From an uncultured bacterium (GTDB taxonomy: Bacteria; Planctomycetota; UBA1135; GCA-002686595): DNA of 64,000 bases. Below, in pieces: positions 28,308 to 37,233 of the stretch. The stretch is taken from NCBI GenBank assembly GCA_943787795.1, contig CALSNU010000007.1, positions 1,238-65,237 of the forward strand. Direction: 5' to 3'. The number at the start of each line of letters is the position of its first letter. The stretch's first letter is position 1. The notes under the pieces are model-generated. The model worked only from the letters and a program-made list of their open reading frames with translations, was not told where the DNA came from and made no database searches. Both the position numbers and the translations under genes were made by a program.

Positions 28308-29681
28308 ATGACCGCCCCCGACCCGAGCCTCGAGGCCGCGGAGACTGCCTTCCGCGATGTGCTGGCGGAATCACCCGCCCGAGCCGCGGTGTTGCTGGTG
28401 GATGTCCACCCCGCGGACGCCGTGGAGTGGCTCCGTGATACGGAGGATCGCGACCGCAACCTGGTCTTTGGAGCCATGCCTCCGGCCTGCCAGGCGTCGA
28501 TCCTCGAGCACGCCGACGAGGCCCTGACGCAGGAGCTGATCGCGCCGCTGGACGCCCGCCTCCTGACCCAGGTCCTGGAGGAGCTCCCCTCTGACGAGGC
28601 TGCCGACGTGCTCATCGAGGCCGACGATCGGGTGGCCAACGACGCCCTCGAGCGCCTCTCGCCGGACACGGCGGACGCCCTGCGGACCCTGCTCAGCTTC
28701 GACCCCGAGAGCGCGGGGGGCATCATGGCCACCGACTTTGTGGTCACGCAGCCGGGTGAGCGGGTGGGCGACGTGGTCAAGAGCGTTCGCAAGGGCGCGG
28801 ATGACATCGAGTCCGAGGTCGGTGTCTTCGTCCTCGATCAGCAGCGCCGGCCCATCGGGTACCTGTCGGATCGCGCGCTCCTGACGCACACCATTCACTC
28901 TCCCGTCGAGGACGTGATGTGCGCGCCGTTCATGGTCGCGGTCGACGAGGACCAGGAGGGCGTCGCCCAGCTGATGGCCAAGTACGGCCTCCAGTCGGTG
29001 GCGGTGGTCGACGACGCCGGCGGGATCCTCGGGGTCATCTCAGCGGAGGACGCGGCGGCGATCCTCGAGGAGGAGGTCGATGAGGACATCGCCCTGTTGA
29101 TCGGCGTCGGGTCCGACCAGCTGCAGACACGCCTGCCGATCCTGGTCCGCGTTCGTCAGCGGCTGCCGCTGATGGGGATCACCGTGGTGGCGGGGCTCGC
29201 GAGCGCCCAGATCCTGGCCATCGCCCTGGGCCACGGGTCCGAGGACGGGGGGGGCGGCGTTCAGCAGGCCATCCTCCGATACCTGCCGCTGATCGTGGGG
29301 CTCGCCGGCAACGTGGGGATTCAGTCCTCGACGATCTTCGTGCGCGGGTTCGCGACCGGGGAGGTGGACGAGGACCGCGAGTGGCCGGTGTTCTTCACCG
29401 AGTGGGTCGTGGGGACGCTCATCGGCGCCTTGTGCGGGGTGGCGACCTGGCTCGTGGCGGGCCTCATCGAGTCACGCACCCCTGGCCTCGGCGCGGCGGT
29501 GGGCTTCGCGGTCTTCGCCGCGGTCGCCTGGGCCGCGATGCTCGGCGGGGTCATCCCGATCGCGTGCCGGCGCCTGGGGATCGACCCGGCGGTGGTGGCC
29601 GGTCCCTTCCTGATCGCCCTCTCGGACGTCTCGGGGTCGGCGATCTACATCTTCGTGGCGCGTGAGATCGCCATGCGCTGA
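28308..29681 (+). CDS. mgtE: Magnesium transporter MgtE
   Basis: HPADA N-domain, SAGGIMAT, CBS pair, GNVGIQS, GIDPAVVAGPFLIALSD. Confidence 0.93.
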   Translation: MTAPDPSLEAAETAFRDVLAESPARAAVLLVDVHPADAVEWLRDTEDRDRNLVFGAMPPACQASILEHADEALTQELIAPLDARLLTQVLEELPSDEAADVLIEADDRVANDALERLSPDTADALRTLLSFDPESAGGIMATDFVVTQPGERVGDVVKSVRKGADDIESEVGVFVLDQQRRPIGYLSDRALLTHTIHSPVEDVMCAPFMVAVDEDQEGVAQLMAKYGLQSVAVVDDAGGILGVISAEDAAAILEEEVDEDIALLIGVGSDQLQTRLPILVRVRQRLPLMGITVVAGLASAQILAIALGHGSEDGGGGVQQAILRYLPLIVGLAGNVGIQSSTIFVRGFATGEVDEDREWPVFFTEWVVGTLIGALCGVATWLVAGLIESRTPGLGAAVGFAVFAAVAWAAMLGGVIPIACRRLGIDPAVVAGPFLIALSDVSGSAIYIFVAREIAMR

Positions 29682-30889
29682 TGGAGCCTAGAGCAGAGAG
29701 CGCAGCGAGCGGCAGCCGCCGCGGCGGCCGGTGGCGCCGGCTGGCCATCGGGGTCGGGCTCTTCGCGGTCGCTGCGGCCCTCTTCAAGGCGAAGGCGGGC
29801 TGGTTCTTCCCTGTCGTGTCCGGCTCGATGGCGCCCACGGTTGAGACCGGAGAGTGGGTCTTCCTCCGCTACGACGTGGATCCCCTCGAGCGCTTCGACA
29901 TCGTGGCGTTCACTGACGTCGGGGGAGGCGCCTCCATCAAGCGGGTCATCGGGCTGCCTGGAGAGGTCATCGCCCTCGACCCCACCGGCGATGTCCGGAT
30001 CGAGGGCTCCGCCCTGCGCGGCGGGGAGCGGCGACCCCCTCTGACCCCGGTCTTCGACTCCCGGATCCAGTCCATCGACGAGCACTGGCGTCACGGCGGA
30101 GCCTACGCGGACCCCTGGTCTCAGGTGGACGGCCCCGTTGGTGGGCCGGGCGAGGTCTGGGAGATGGACGGGAGCGCGGTGGCGCGGTCGGCCAGCCTCG
30201 GGCTGCTTGGCTTCCATGACCGCGTGCACGACGGCGGCCTACGGCCCGACGGCTCGGTCCAAAGGGGTCAGCAGGTGGTGCACGACCTGGCGGTGTCCTT
30301 CGAGATCAAGCTCCTCGACGCCGGCGGGCGGATTTGCGTTCAGCTGATGGAGCAGGGAGACGTCTTCGAGGTCTCCGTGCCCATCTACGAGGGCGAGGAA
30401 GAGACGCGGGTCGACCTCTTCCGCCGCATGGCGCAGCCCGATCCTGTGGAGTACTTCGTCTACGGAAAGACCGTGGTGCCGATCGGCGAGTGGCTCCCCG
30501 TCCGCTTCAGCAACATCGACAACCTGCTGCGCTTCGAGCTCGGAGACTTTGAGCTCGAGTTCGACTACGACTACCGCGGCAACACCCTCCACCCGACAGC
30601 CTTCGACATGAGCGCCATCAGCCTCGGCGAGCGGGTCCGGTTGGGCGGGGAGGGGGTCGTGCTCCAGGTTCGGAACATCCGGGTTGAGCGGGACTTTCAC
30701 GTGTCGGCCCGGGGCGAGTTCGGGGCTGGGGCGCCCCTCCAGCTGGGTCCGGACGAGGTCTTCGTTGTGGGCGACGCCACCGGGATCAGCCGGGATAGCC
30801 GGGAGCGGGGCCCTGTGTCTCGGAGCAGGATCTTCGCCCGCGTCGAGGCCGCCGTCTGGCCTCTTGGGAGAGCGAGATGGCTGCGCTGA
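29681..30889 (+). CDS. lepB: Signal peptidase I with a large internal insertion
   Basis: VSGSMAPT (Ser), IKRVIGLPGE (Lys), VVGDATGISRDSR (box E). Confidence 0.85.
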   Translation: MEPRAESAASGSRRGGRWRRLAIGVGLFAVAAALFKAKAGWFFPVVSGSMAPTVETGEWVFLRYDVDPLERFDIVAFTDVGGGASIKRVIGLPGEVIALDPTGDVRIEGSALRGGERRPPLTPVFDSRIQSIDEHWRHGGAYADPWSQVDGPVGGPGEVWEMDGSAVARSASLGLLGFHDRVHDGGLRPDGSVQRGQQVVHDLAVSFEIKLLDAGGRICVQLMEQGDVFEVSVPIYEGEEETRVDLFRRMAQPDPVEYFVYGKTVVPIGEWLPVRFSNIDNLLRFELGDFELEFDYDYRGNTLHPTAFDMSAISLGERVRLGGEGVVLQVRNIRVERDFHVSARGEFGAGAPLQLGPDEVFVVGDATGISRDSRERGPVSRSRIFARVEAAVWPLGRARWLR

Positions 30890-30942
30890 CCTCTCACGTT
30901 GGGCCAGGGCTCCCGACGACGGGGTTCTTCTGGGGCTCACCC

Positions 30943-30970
30943 GGAACCTCGAGGGCGCCCCTCGGTTCCA
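30943..30970 (+). promoter_or_regulatory. Candidate ECF promoter / hairpin GGAACC-N15-GGTTCC
   Basis: Same -35 (GGAACC) as the 10073 promoter, about 11 nt before the second ECF gene; the two boxes are mutually complementary. Confidence 0.45.
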
Positions 30971-30980
30971 CCCCTCGGCC

Positions 30981-31622
30981 ATGACTCTCCCCCAGGATCC
31001 GTCCCAACGTCCCCTCGGGGATCGCGCCTCGGGGGAGCCGTCACCCGACCGCGGCGCAGAGCTCATGATCGCCTGGCAGCGTGGGGACGATCAGGCCTTT
31101 CACGAGCTGGTGGACGTCTACTCCGGCCAGGTCTATGCCCTGCTGACGCGCTTCCTGGGCCGCCGGCATCCGGGCCGTGAGGACCTCGTCCAGGAGGTCT
31201 TCCTGCGCGTTGTGAAGGCGCGCGCGCGGTACACCGCGACCGCTCGCTTCTCCACGTGGCTGTACACCATCGTCTGGCGCCTCTGCATCAACGAGACCGA
31301 GCGCTCGAGGGGACGCCGCCACCTCTCGCTCGACGCCGAGCTGGAGGATGAGAAGCGCCTCGAGCTGCCGGACAGCGTCGAGCTTGACCCCGTGGACGGG
31401 GTGGCCCGCGCCGATGTCATCCGCGAGGTCCGAGCCGCGATCGCCGAGCTCCCCGACAGCCAGCGGATCGCCATGGTCCTGGCGCGGTATCACTCCCTTA
31501 GCTTCGCCGAAATCGCCGACGTCGTCGGCTCCTCGGAGAAGGCCATCAAGTCAATGATCCACCGCGCGAGAGAGACGCTCCGCGCACGGCTCCAGCCGCT
31601 CTTCGAGAGGGAGGCAATATGA
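30981..31622 (+). CDS. ECF RNA polymerase sigma factor
   Basis: EDLVQEVFLRV, FSTWLYTI, LSFAEIADVVGSSEKAIKSMIHRARE. Confidence 0.92.
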   Translation: MTLPQDPSQRPLGDRASGEPSPDRGAELMIAWQRGDDQAFHELVDVYSGQVYALLTRFLGRRHPGREDLVQEVFLRVVKARARYTATARFSTWLYTIVWRLCINETERSRGRRHLSLDAELEDEKRLELPDSVELDPVDGVARADVIREVRAAIAELPDSQRIAMVLARYHSLSFAEIADVVGSSEKAIKSMIHRARETLRARLQPLFEREAI

Positions 31623-32149
31623 CCCCTGGACCGAAACACAACCCCCGCGGCATCCCTGAGGCCGGGCGCGAGCTGGACGAGCTGCTGGGTCTTGACCCGA
31701 CCCCGACGCTGAACGAGGAGGCTCGTCAGAGGATTCACGATCAGCTGTCCGCTGAGAACGACCGCGTCCTGGACGCGGTTCTCGGGCTTGATGAGGTCAC
31801 CCTGCCCGGCGGCCTCGCGGGCCGGGTTCGGGCGGCGGTCCTCGCCGATAGGCGGAGGCGACGGCTCCGCCCCGTGAGGTGGACGGCCGCGGCCGTCGCC
31901 GCGGGCTTGCTCGTCGCTGCGGGGGCCGGCTGGCTCCCGTTGGGGGGGCAGGGGCCGTTCACGTTGCCGCTGGATGGCGAGCCGGTCGCGTCCCTCGAGA
32001 ACCCGAGCGAGGAGCTGCTCGCGGCGCTCCCACTCCTGGAGTCCCTGGAGTTCCTCGAGCAGGAGTTTGATCCCTTCGAGCGAGAGGTCGCGCTGGCGTT
32101 GGACCCGCGTGACGCTGTCCTCCTGGAGTTGTTGGAGCTCGGGGGCTGA
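31619..32149 (+). CDS. Putative single-pass anti-sigma factor
   Basis: ATGA-coupled to the ECF gene; one TM; acidic ELLAALPLLESLEFLE segment. Confidence 0.6.
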   Translation: MTPGPKHNPRGIPEAGRELDELLGLDPTPTLNEEARQRIHDQLSAENDRVLDAVLGLDEVTLPGGLAGRVRAAVLADRRRRRLRPVRWTAAAVAAGLLVAAGAGWLPLGGQGPFTLPLDGEPVASLENPSEELLAALPLLESLEFLEQEFDPFEREVALALDPRDAVLLELLELGG

Positions 32150-32153
32150 TCCG

Positions 32154-33314
32154 ATGAGGTCACAGAGGATCCTCACCTGGCTGCTCACGCTGGGCCTGAT
32201 GATGAGCGCCGCGCCCGCGGCGTCAGCGCTCCAGCAACGTCCCTCCGGCGAGGGCACACCGCCGCTCGGAGCCGAGCGACGGGCGGAGCTCATGGAGCGT
32301 TGGCAGGCCATGGATGACGCCGAGCGCGCGCGCATGGTGGAGCGCTTCGAGCGGCTCCGCTCACTCTCCCCCGAGGAGCAACAGCGCGCCCGACAGCAGG
32401 CTCGCCGGCTGACCGACGAGCTGAGCGCCACGGAGGAGGCGCTGGGACCAGAGCAGCGCGCCACGCTGGGCCGGCTGTCCAGGAAGGAGCGGCAGCGGGT
32501 GGTGCGCGGCCTGTTCCGTGACGGTGCCCGCAGCACAGCGACGCTGATGCGTCGGATGCTCACGGAGGAGGAGTTCGCGCGCCTCGAGACCCTCGACGCA
32601 GCGCAGCGTGATGAGGTGATCGTCCGCCTCAAGAAGCGCGCGATGGAGCAGGTCTTCCGTGACCTCGGCCGGATGAGCCGGGAGGTCGGGCTGACCGCCG
32701 AGTCGGTTCGAGCGCTGCGGACTCTCCCGCCTGAGGAGCGGCGAGACGCGCTGGTGGCCGAGCTCAGGCAGCTCTTTGGGGAGCACGTGGCCGTCGAGGG
32801 CCTCCCGCCTGGCGTGAGCCGGACGGCTTGGGAGCACATGAACAGCGGGTCGGATGACCAGTTCGTGCGCGGGCTCTCGAGGATGCTGCGGCGCGATCCT
32901 TCCTTCGGGGTCGCCCCCGAGCGGTGGGAGAAGCTCCGGGCCAGACGAAGCGCCCAGGCGCGCCGGCTCGCGGCGCTCGCCGAGCCCTCGTTGAGCCTGC
33001 GTAGCGCGCGGCCCGAGCTCTACGGGCGTTCGTTGAGGCAGGCCGCCCTGGCCACGCGTCGGGCCGAGGCGGTCGCCGAACTGGCGAGTATCGGTCAGCT
33101 GAGCGACATCGAGCAGGACCGCCTCAGGTCCTTCCCAGACGATGGCCTTGGGCTTGTCTATAAGGTCGCGCTCGAGCGGCTCCGGCGAGGCGTGGACGGC
33201 CGCTCTGCGGTGGCCGAGGCCATGACCGTTGCCACCAAGCGTGCTGCCGCGGAGGGGCGGGGTGGTGCTCGAGGCGAACGCTCCAGACCGGACCGTTCAC
33301 CCGGCGGGCGCTGA
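32154..33314 (+). CDS. Exported helical-repeat protein (DUF3106-like)
   Basis: Signal peptide; repeats WQAMDDAER, LRSLSPEEQ, LSRKER, LPPEERR. Confidence 0.6.
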   Translation: MRSQRILTWLLTLGLMMSAAPAASALQQRPSGEGTPPLGAERRAELMERWQAMDDAERARMVERFERLRSLSPEEQQRARQQARRLTDELSATEEALGPEQRATLGRLSRKERQRVVRGLFRDGARSTATLMRRMLTEEEFARLETLDAAQRDEVIVRLKKRAMEQVFRDLGRMSREVGLTAESVRALRTLPPEERRDALVAELRQLFGEHVAVEGLPPGVSRTAWEHMNSGSDDQFVRGLSRMLRRDPSFGVAPERWEKLRARRSAQARRLAALAEPSLSLRSARPELYGRSLRQAALATRRAEAVAELASIGQLSDIEQDRLRSFPDDGLGLVYKVALERLRRGVDGRSAVAEAMTVATKRAAAEGRGGARGERSRPDRSPGGR

Positions 33315-33356
33315 ACCGGCGGTCCCTTGGGAGGGGATCTCGGTTAGCTTTCCGGC

Positions 33357-34556
33357 GTGCCGAAAGACCCCTCAGATTCCCCGCGGGACCCCGCGTCCCT
33401 CCAGATTCCCTTCGTGGGGGTCGAGCAGATGCCGCCGACGGACCGCCGCGCGGCCATGATCGACCTGCGGGCGCCGAAGGAGTTTGCAGAGGATCATGCG
33501 CCCGGCGCCATCAACGTGCCTCTGTTCGAGGACGACACACGCTCCTACGTGGGCTTGCTCTACAGGCAATTTGGTCCGGAGGCGGCCTTCCAGGAGGGGC
33601 GGGCTGCGGTCGTGGAGGGGGTTCAGAGCCTCGTCGGGAACATCCTCGCCTCGATCAACCGCCCGATGCCTCCGGATGACCTGCGCGCCAGGGTGTTGGA
33701 GCTGACCGGCGAAGGCATGGCGCGCATGGAGGGGGCGCTGGAGCTGTGCCCAGCGGGCGAACTCACCGACGACGCGGTGGTCTTCACCTGCGCGCGGGGC
33801 GGGCTGCGGTCCCGGAGCGTCGTTGCGCTCATGAGGTCCATTGGCCTCGAGACGGCGGTGGGCCTTGAGGGCGGCTACCGAGCGTACCGACGGGGCGTCA
33901 TGGAGCGCCTCGAGGCGTGGCGGCCGCCGGGCCTCGTCGTGTCCCTGCGTGGCCTGACCGGGGTCGGCAAGACCCTCGTGCTCCGCGCCATCGAGACCCA
34001 GCGCCCGGGCTGGACCCTCGACCTCGAGGGGATCGCGGGTCACCGCAGCTCGCTGCTCGGGATGGTCGGCCTCGCGCCCGTATCGCAGAAGGCCTTCGAG
34101 TCAGGGCTCTGTCGCCGGGCAGAGCAGGGCTTCCCGGCGGGCGTGATGATCGTCGAGGGCGAGAGTCGCAAGGTCGGCGACGCGGTGATCCCGCCGGGCA
34201 TCTGGGCGGCCATGAAGGGCGCCACGAACATCGAGGTGACGGCGGGGACGCCGCGCCGGGTCACCGTCCTCTCGGAGGACTATCTCGCAGACCCTTCGGG
34301 GCTCCCGGTCCTCCGCCGTCAGCTGGAGACGGTGTCGGAGCGCATGGACGGCGCCCCGGACCTCGCGGGGATGCTCGACCGGGGAGAGATCGGGCCGCTG
34401 GTCGAGCTCCTGCTGGAGCGCTACTACGACCCCCTCTACCGCCGCAGCGAGACCGGGAAGGAGTACGCCACCAGCGTCGACGCGGAGTGCGCCGAGGACG
34501 CGGCGTCGGCCGTCATCGGCTGGGTCGAGAAGCGGCTCTCAGGCGTCCTGGACTGA
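33357..34556 (+). CDS. selU: tRNA 2-selenouridine synthase
   Basis: Rhodanese IDLRAPKEF..CARGGLRS; P-loop GLTGVGKT; DLEGIAGHRSS, EGESRKVG, YYDPLY. Confidence 0.93.
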   Translation: MPKDPSDSPRDPASLQIPFVGVEQMPPTDRRAAMIDLRAPKEFAEDHAPGAINVPLFEDDTRSYVGLLYRQFGPEAAFQEGRAAVVEGVQSLVGNILASINRPMPPDDLRARVLELTGEGMARMEGALELCPAGELTDDAVVFTCARGGLRSRSVVALMRSIGLETAVGLEGGYRAYRRGVMERLEAWRPPGLVVSLRGLTGVGKTLVLRAIETQRPGWTLDLEGIAGHRSSLLGMVGLAPVSQKAFESGLCRRAEQGFPAGVMIVEGESRKVGDAVIPPGIWAAMKGATNIEVTAGTPRRVTVLSEDYLADPSGLPVLRRQLETVSERMDGAPDLAGMLDRGEIGPLVELLLERYYDPLYRRSETGKEYATSVDAECAEDAASAVIGWVEKRLSGVLD

Positions 34557-34661
34557 TCCTTTGCATGGTCTGAACCTGGAGGGCTGCGATCCGTGGCCTT
34601 GGGGCTGGCGAGGGGGAGCTTCCGCGGATCTCCTCCTGGTTCGGCTCGCACCCGGACTCCA

Positions 34662-36434
34662 ATGAACGCTCTCCTCCTCACGCTCGTCGCTGTTCTTCCC
34701 GGAGCAGACGCGGCGACCACTCTTCAGCCTGCGCCCATCTCGGTGGGCCAGGACATCACGGAATTGATCACCCAGCTCGAGGGAGGGGTCCCTGCGGAGC
34801 AGCTGGCCGCGGCCCAGCGGGTCAGGGACCTTGGCAAGCGCGGGGCCAAGGCGGTCCCTTCCCTCATGCAGTGCCTCTCCTCGGGAGAGCCGCAGCTGGT
34901 GGCCGCGAGCGTCGAGGCGCTCGTTGCGATCGGACCCAAGGCGCGGGCTGCGCTGCTCGAGGCGCTCGAGACCGGGAGCTTCGGAGACGCCCCCGTGCCG
35001 CCCGGCCCGGTGGCTGGCGCCCTGCTGCAGCTCGGCAAGCGCGCGCGGCTGGCGGTCGAGGCCTATATCCAGGCGGCGGAGCGCGGCCCGGAGCTGCTCC
35101 AGATCCTGGAGGAACTCGGTCCGCCGGGGCTGCCCTTCCTGGTTGAGGCGGCGGCGGATGGGAGCGAGTCCTCGGCCGGTGCGCTCCGGTCCATCCGGCG
35201 CCTCGCGGCGCGCGAGGTCCGTACGGACGAGCCGCTCGACAAGGCGCTCAAGCGCGTGGACGACGAGGACCTCGTCGGGGCGATCTCGGTGAGCTGGACC
35301 CAGTCGCCCAGGCGCGGGGACATCGACGATCTCCGCCGTTGGATCGAGAGCGAGCGGCCGGAGCTGGTGGAGACGGGGCTCTGGGCTGCGGGGCTCCTTG
35401 GTGGGAGCGCCGCCGCGCTTGCCGAGCCCGCCCTGTCTCGCGCGTCGAGCCCGGACCCCCAGATCCGCCGATCCGCGCTGTGGGCGTTGGGGTCCATGGT
35501 GACCGCTGACCCGGGCCTCCCTGTGGATGCGATCACGGCGAGCTTCCCGGGGGCCAGCGCAGCAGCGCGCAAGCGGGCCGAGGCCGCCGCGGAGGGGGAC
35601 GCCCTGTTCATCTGGCGAGAGGCGGGGAAGCCCCTCGGCTTCCGAGGACGCGTGGGCGACCGCGCGCGGAAGCTCTGGGCCATCGCGCCCACCTGGACCT
35701 TCTCGATGGAGCCCTTCCCGCCGGCGCCGGATCCCAGCGCGGCGCCCGCGCCGCTGCAGGCGGCGGTCGGTGGTCTCATCTCGTCGGCTTCCAGCTGGTC
35801 GGCAGAGGCCTCCAGCCAGGTCGATGCGGCCCTGGCCTCTCGCATCCTCAGTCAGATCGGGGTCACCTCGGAGGCGGCCCTGACGCTCTGGTCGGGTTGG
35901 CTCGAGTCCGGGAATGCTGACCTGCGCCGAGAGGCCCTCGTGGGCCTGCGCTCGGCGGGCCGCGGTGCGATCGAGTTCGAGGCGCTCGTCATCAAGCAGC
36001 TCTCCGACGCTTCGACTCAGGTCGTCGCCGCTCAGGTACTGGCGGCCATCGCGACGCCGACGGCGTGGACCGCGGCGGTGGAGGCGGTGGCGGCCATCGA
36101 GGGCAAGCCCCCGTTTGCGATGCTCGTGGCCATTGGCCGCTTTGACCTGGCAGCGCTGCGCCCCGGGCTCGATCGGTTTCGAGAGCTCTACCGCGAGGGG
36201 CACTACGTCATGGCAGCGCTGATGATCCGCTTCGGGGAGGAGGTGCTCGAGGACTTCAGCTTCGAGCTTGGCGCCGGCCTCGCGGACCGTCGCATGGTGG
36301 CCGCCGAGTCCCTCGGCCATATGGGCGCAGCCGCGCGGCCGGTGCTCCCCAAGCTCAAGGCGATGAAGGAGCGAAGCCCCATCGCTCAGCAGCTCCTCGT
36401 CGACGCGATCAGCCGGATCGAAGCTGGCGGCTGA
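34662..36434 (+). CDS. Exported HEAT-repeat protein
   Basis: Signal-like N-terminus; repeats AVPSLMQCL, IRRSALWALG, RMVAAESLGHMGAAARPVLPKL. Confidence 0.75.
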   Translation: MNALLLTLVAVLPGADAATTLQPAPISVGQDITELITQLEGGVPAEQLAAAQRVRDLGKRGAKAVPSLMQCLSSGEPQLVAASVEALVAIGPKARAALLEALETGSFGDAPVPPGPVAGALLQLGKRARLAVEAYIQAAERGPELLQILEELGPPGLPFLVEAAADGSESSAGALRSIRRLAAREVRTDEPLDKALKRVDDEDLVGAISVSWTQSPRRGDIDDLRRWIESERPELVETGLWAAGLLGGSAAALAEPALSRASSPDPQIRRSALWALGSMVTADPGLPVDAITASFPGASAAARKRAEAAAEGDALFIWREAGKPLGFRGRVGDRARKLWAIAPTWTFSMEPFPPAPDPSAAPAPLQAAVGGLISSASSWSAEASSQVDAALASRILSQIGVTSEAALTLWSGWLESGNADLRREALVGLRSAGRGAIEFEALVIKQLSDASTQVVAAQVLAAIATPTAWTAAVEAVAAIEGKPPFAMLVAIGRFDLAALRPGLDRFRELYREGHYVMAALMIRFGEEVLEDFSFELGAGLADRRMVAAESLGHMGAAARPVLPKLKAMKERSPIAQQLLVDAISRIEAGG

Positions 36435-37233
36435 GCACCGTCGCAACCTCGGAGAGGTCGCTGAAGCGGAGGTCGGCGGTCCGGGTCATCTCGGGGTGCT
36501 CGGCGGGGTCTTCGGCTTGGTCTTCGGCTTGGTCTTCGGCTTGGTCTTCGGCTTGGTCTTCGGCGGGGTCTTCGGCGGGGTCTTCGGCGCGGTCTTCGGC
36601 GGAGCGCTCGGAGAACGGCTGGCCGTGCCGGATCCACCCACTCCGGACCCCCGCCCTCCTGGCGCTCAGGCAGTCGTCGATGTCATCCCCCACGAAGAGG
36701 AGCTCGCGGTGGGAGGGCTGGTCATGCTCGTGGGCCACGATCGGGGCGTAGACCCGGGTCAGGTCCCAGCACCTAATGATCTCGTGCACCGGCTCGTGGG
36801 ACGGCTTGTTCTCGATCCTGCGGTCGAGGTGTGGAGAGTGGTGAGAGCGCGCGATCTGGACCTGGAAGAGCTCGGTGCTGGGCGGGAATCCGCTGCGTTG
36901 CAGGAGCGCGTCGAAGGCCTCCAGCGCCTCGCCATTGTTGCGGGTGCAGATGGCCGTCCTGAGGGAGGCGCCGCGGTCCTGGATCGTCGCTGCGAGGTCG
37001 GCGAACCCGCCGCCCAGCCTCATCCGGTCGAGGGCGAGGCGCTCCTCCTCCCAGACCAGGGCCTCCATGTGGGCTTGCTCCGCGCTGTCGCGGGCGTTGG
37101 CGGCGATCCAGGCCAGGATCGAGCCCGAGCTTGGCATCCCAATCCTCGTCCTGAGCTGGTCAAAGCTGATCGCGCCGGGGGCCGTCAGCGTCCCGTCCAG
37201 GTCGAAGATGACGCCTGCCACCTCGGGGCTCAT
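36409..37233 (-). CDS. HAD-superfamily hydrolase
   Basis: IFDLDGTL, CTRN, KPS, FVGDDIDD; AEDx tandem insertion. Confidence 0.87.
   Translation of the reverse strand: MSPEVAGVIFDLDGTLTAPGAISFDQLRTRIGMPSSGSILAWIAANARDSAEQAHMEALVWEEERLALDRMRLGGGFADLAATIQDRGASLRTAICTRNNGEALEAFDALLQRSGFPPSTELFQVQIARSHHSPHLDRRIENKPSHEPVHEIIRCWDLTRVYAPIVAHEHDQPSHRELLFVGDDIDDCLSARRAGVRSGWIRHGQPFSERSAEDRAEDPAEDPAEDQAEDQAEDQAEDQAEDPAEHPEMTRTADLRFSDLSEVATVLSRQLRSG
36495..36602. repeat. 12-bp tandem repeat x9 (GGTCTTCGGCNN) encoding AEDP/AEDQ
   Basis: Read directly. Confidence 0.92.

Noticed and set aside
33357-36434. Selenoprotein (in-frame UGA) near selU
   Set aside because: No ORF here appears interrupted at a Cys-equivalent UGA
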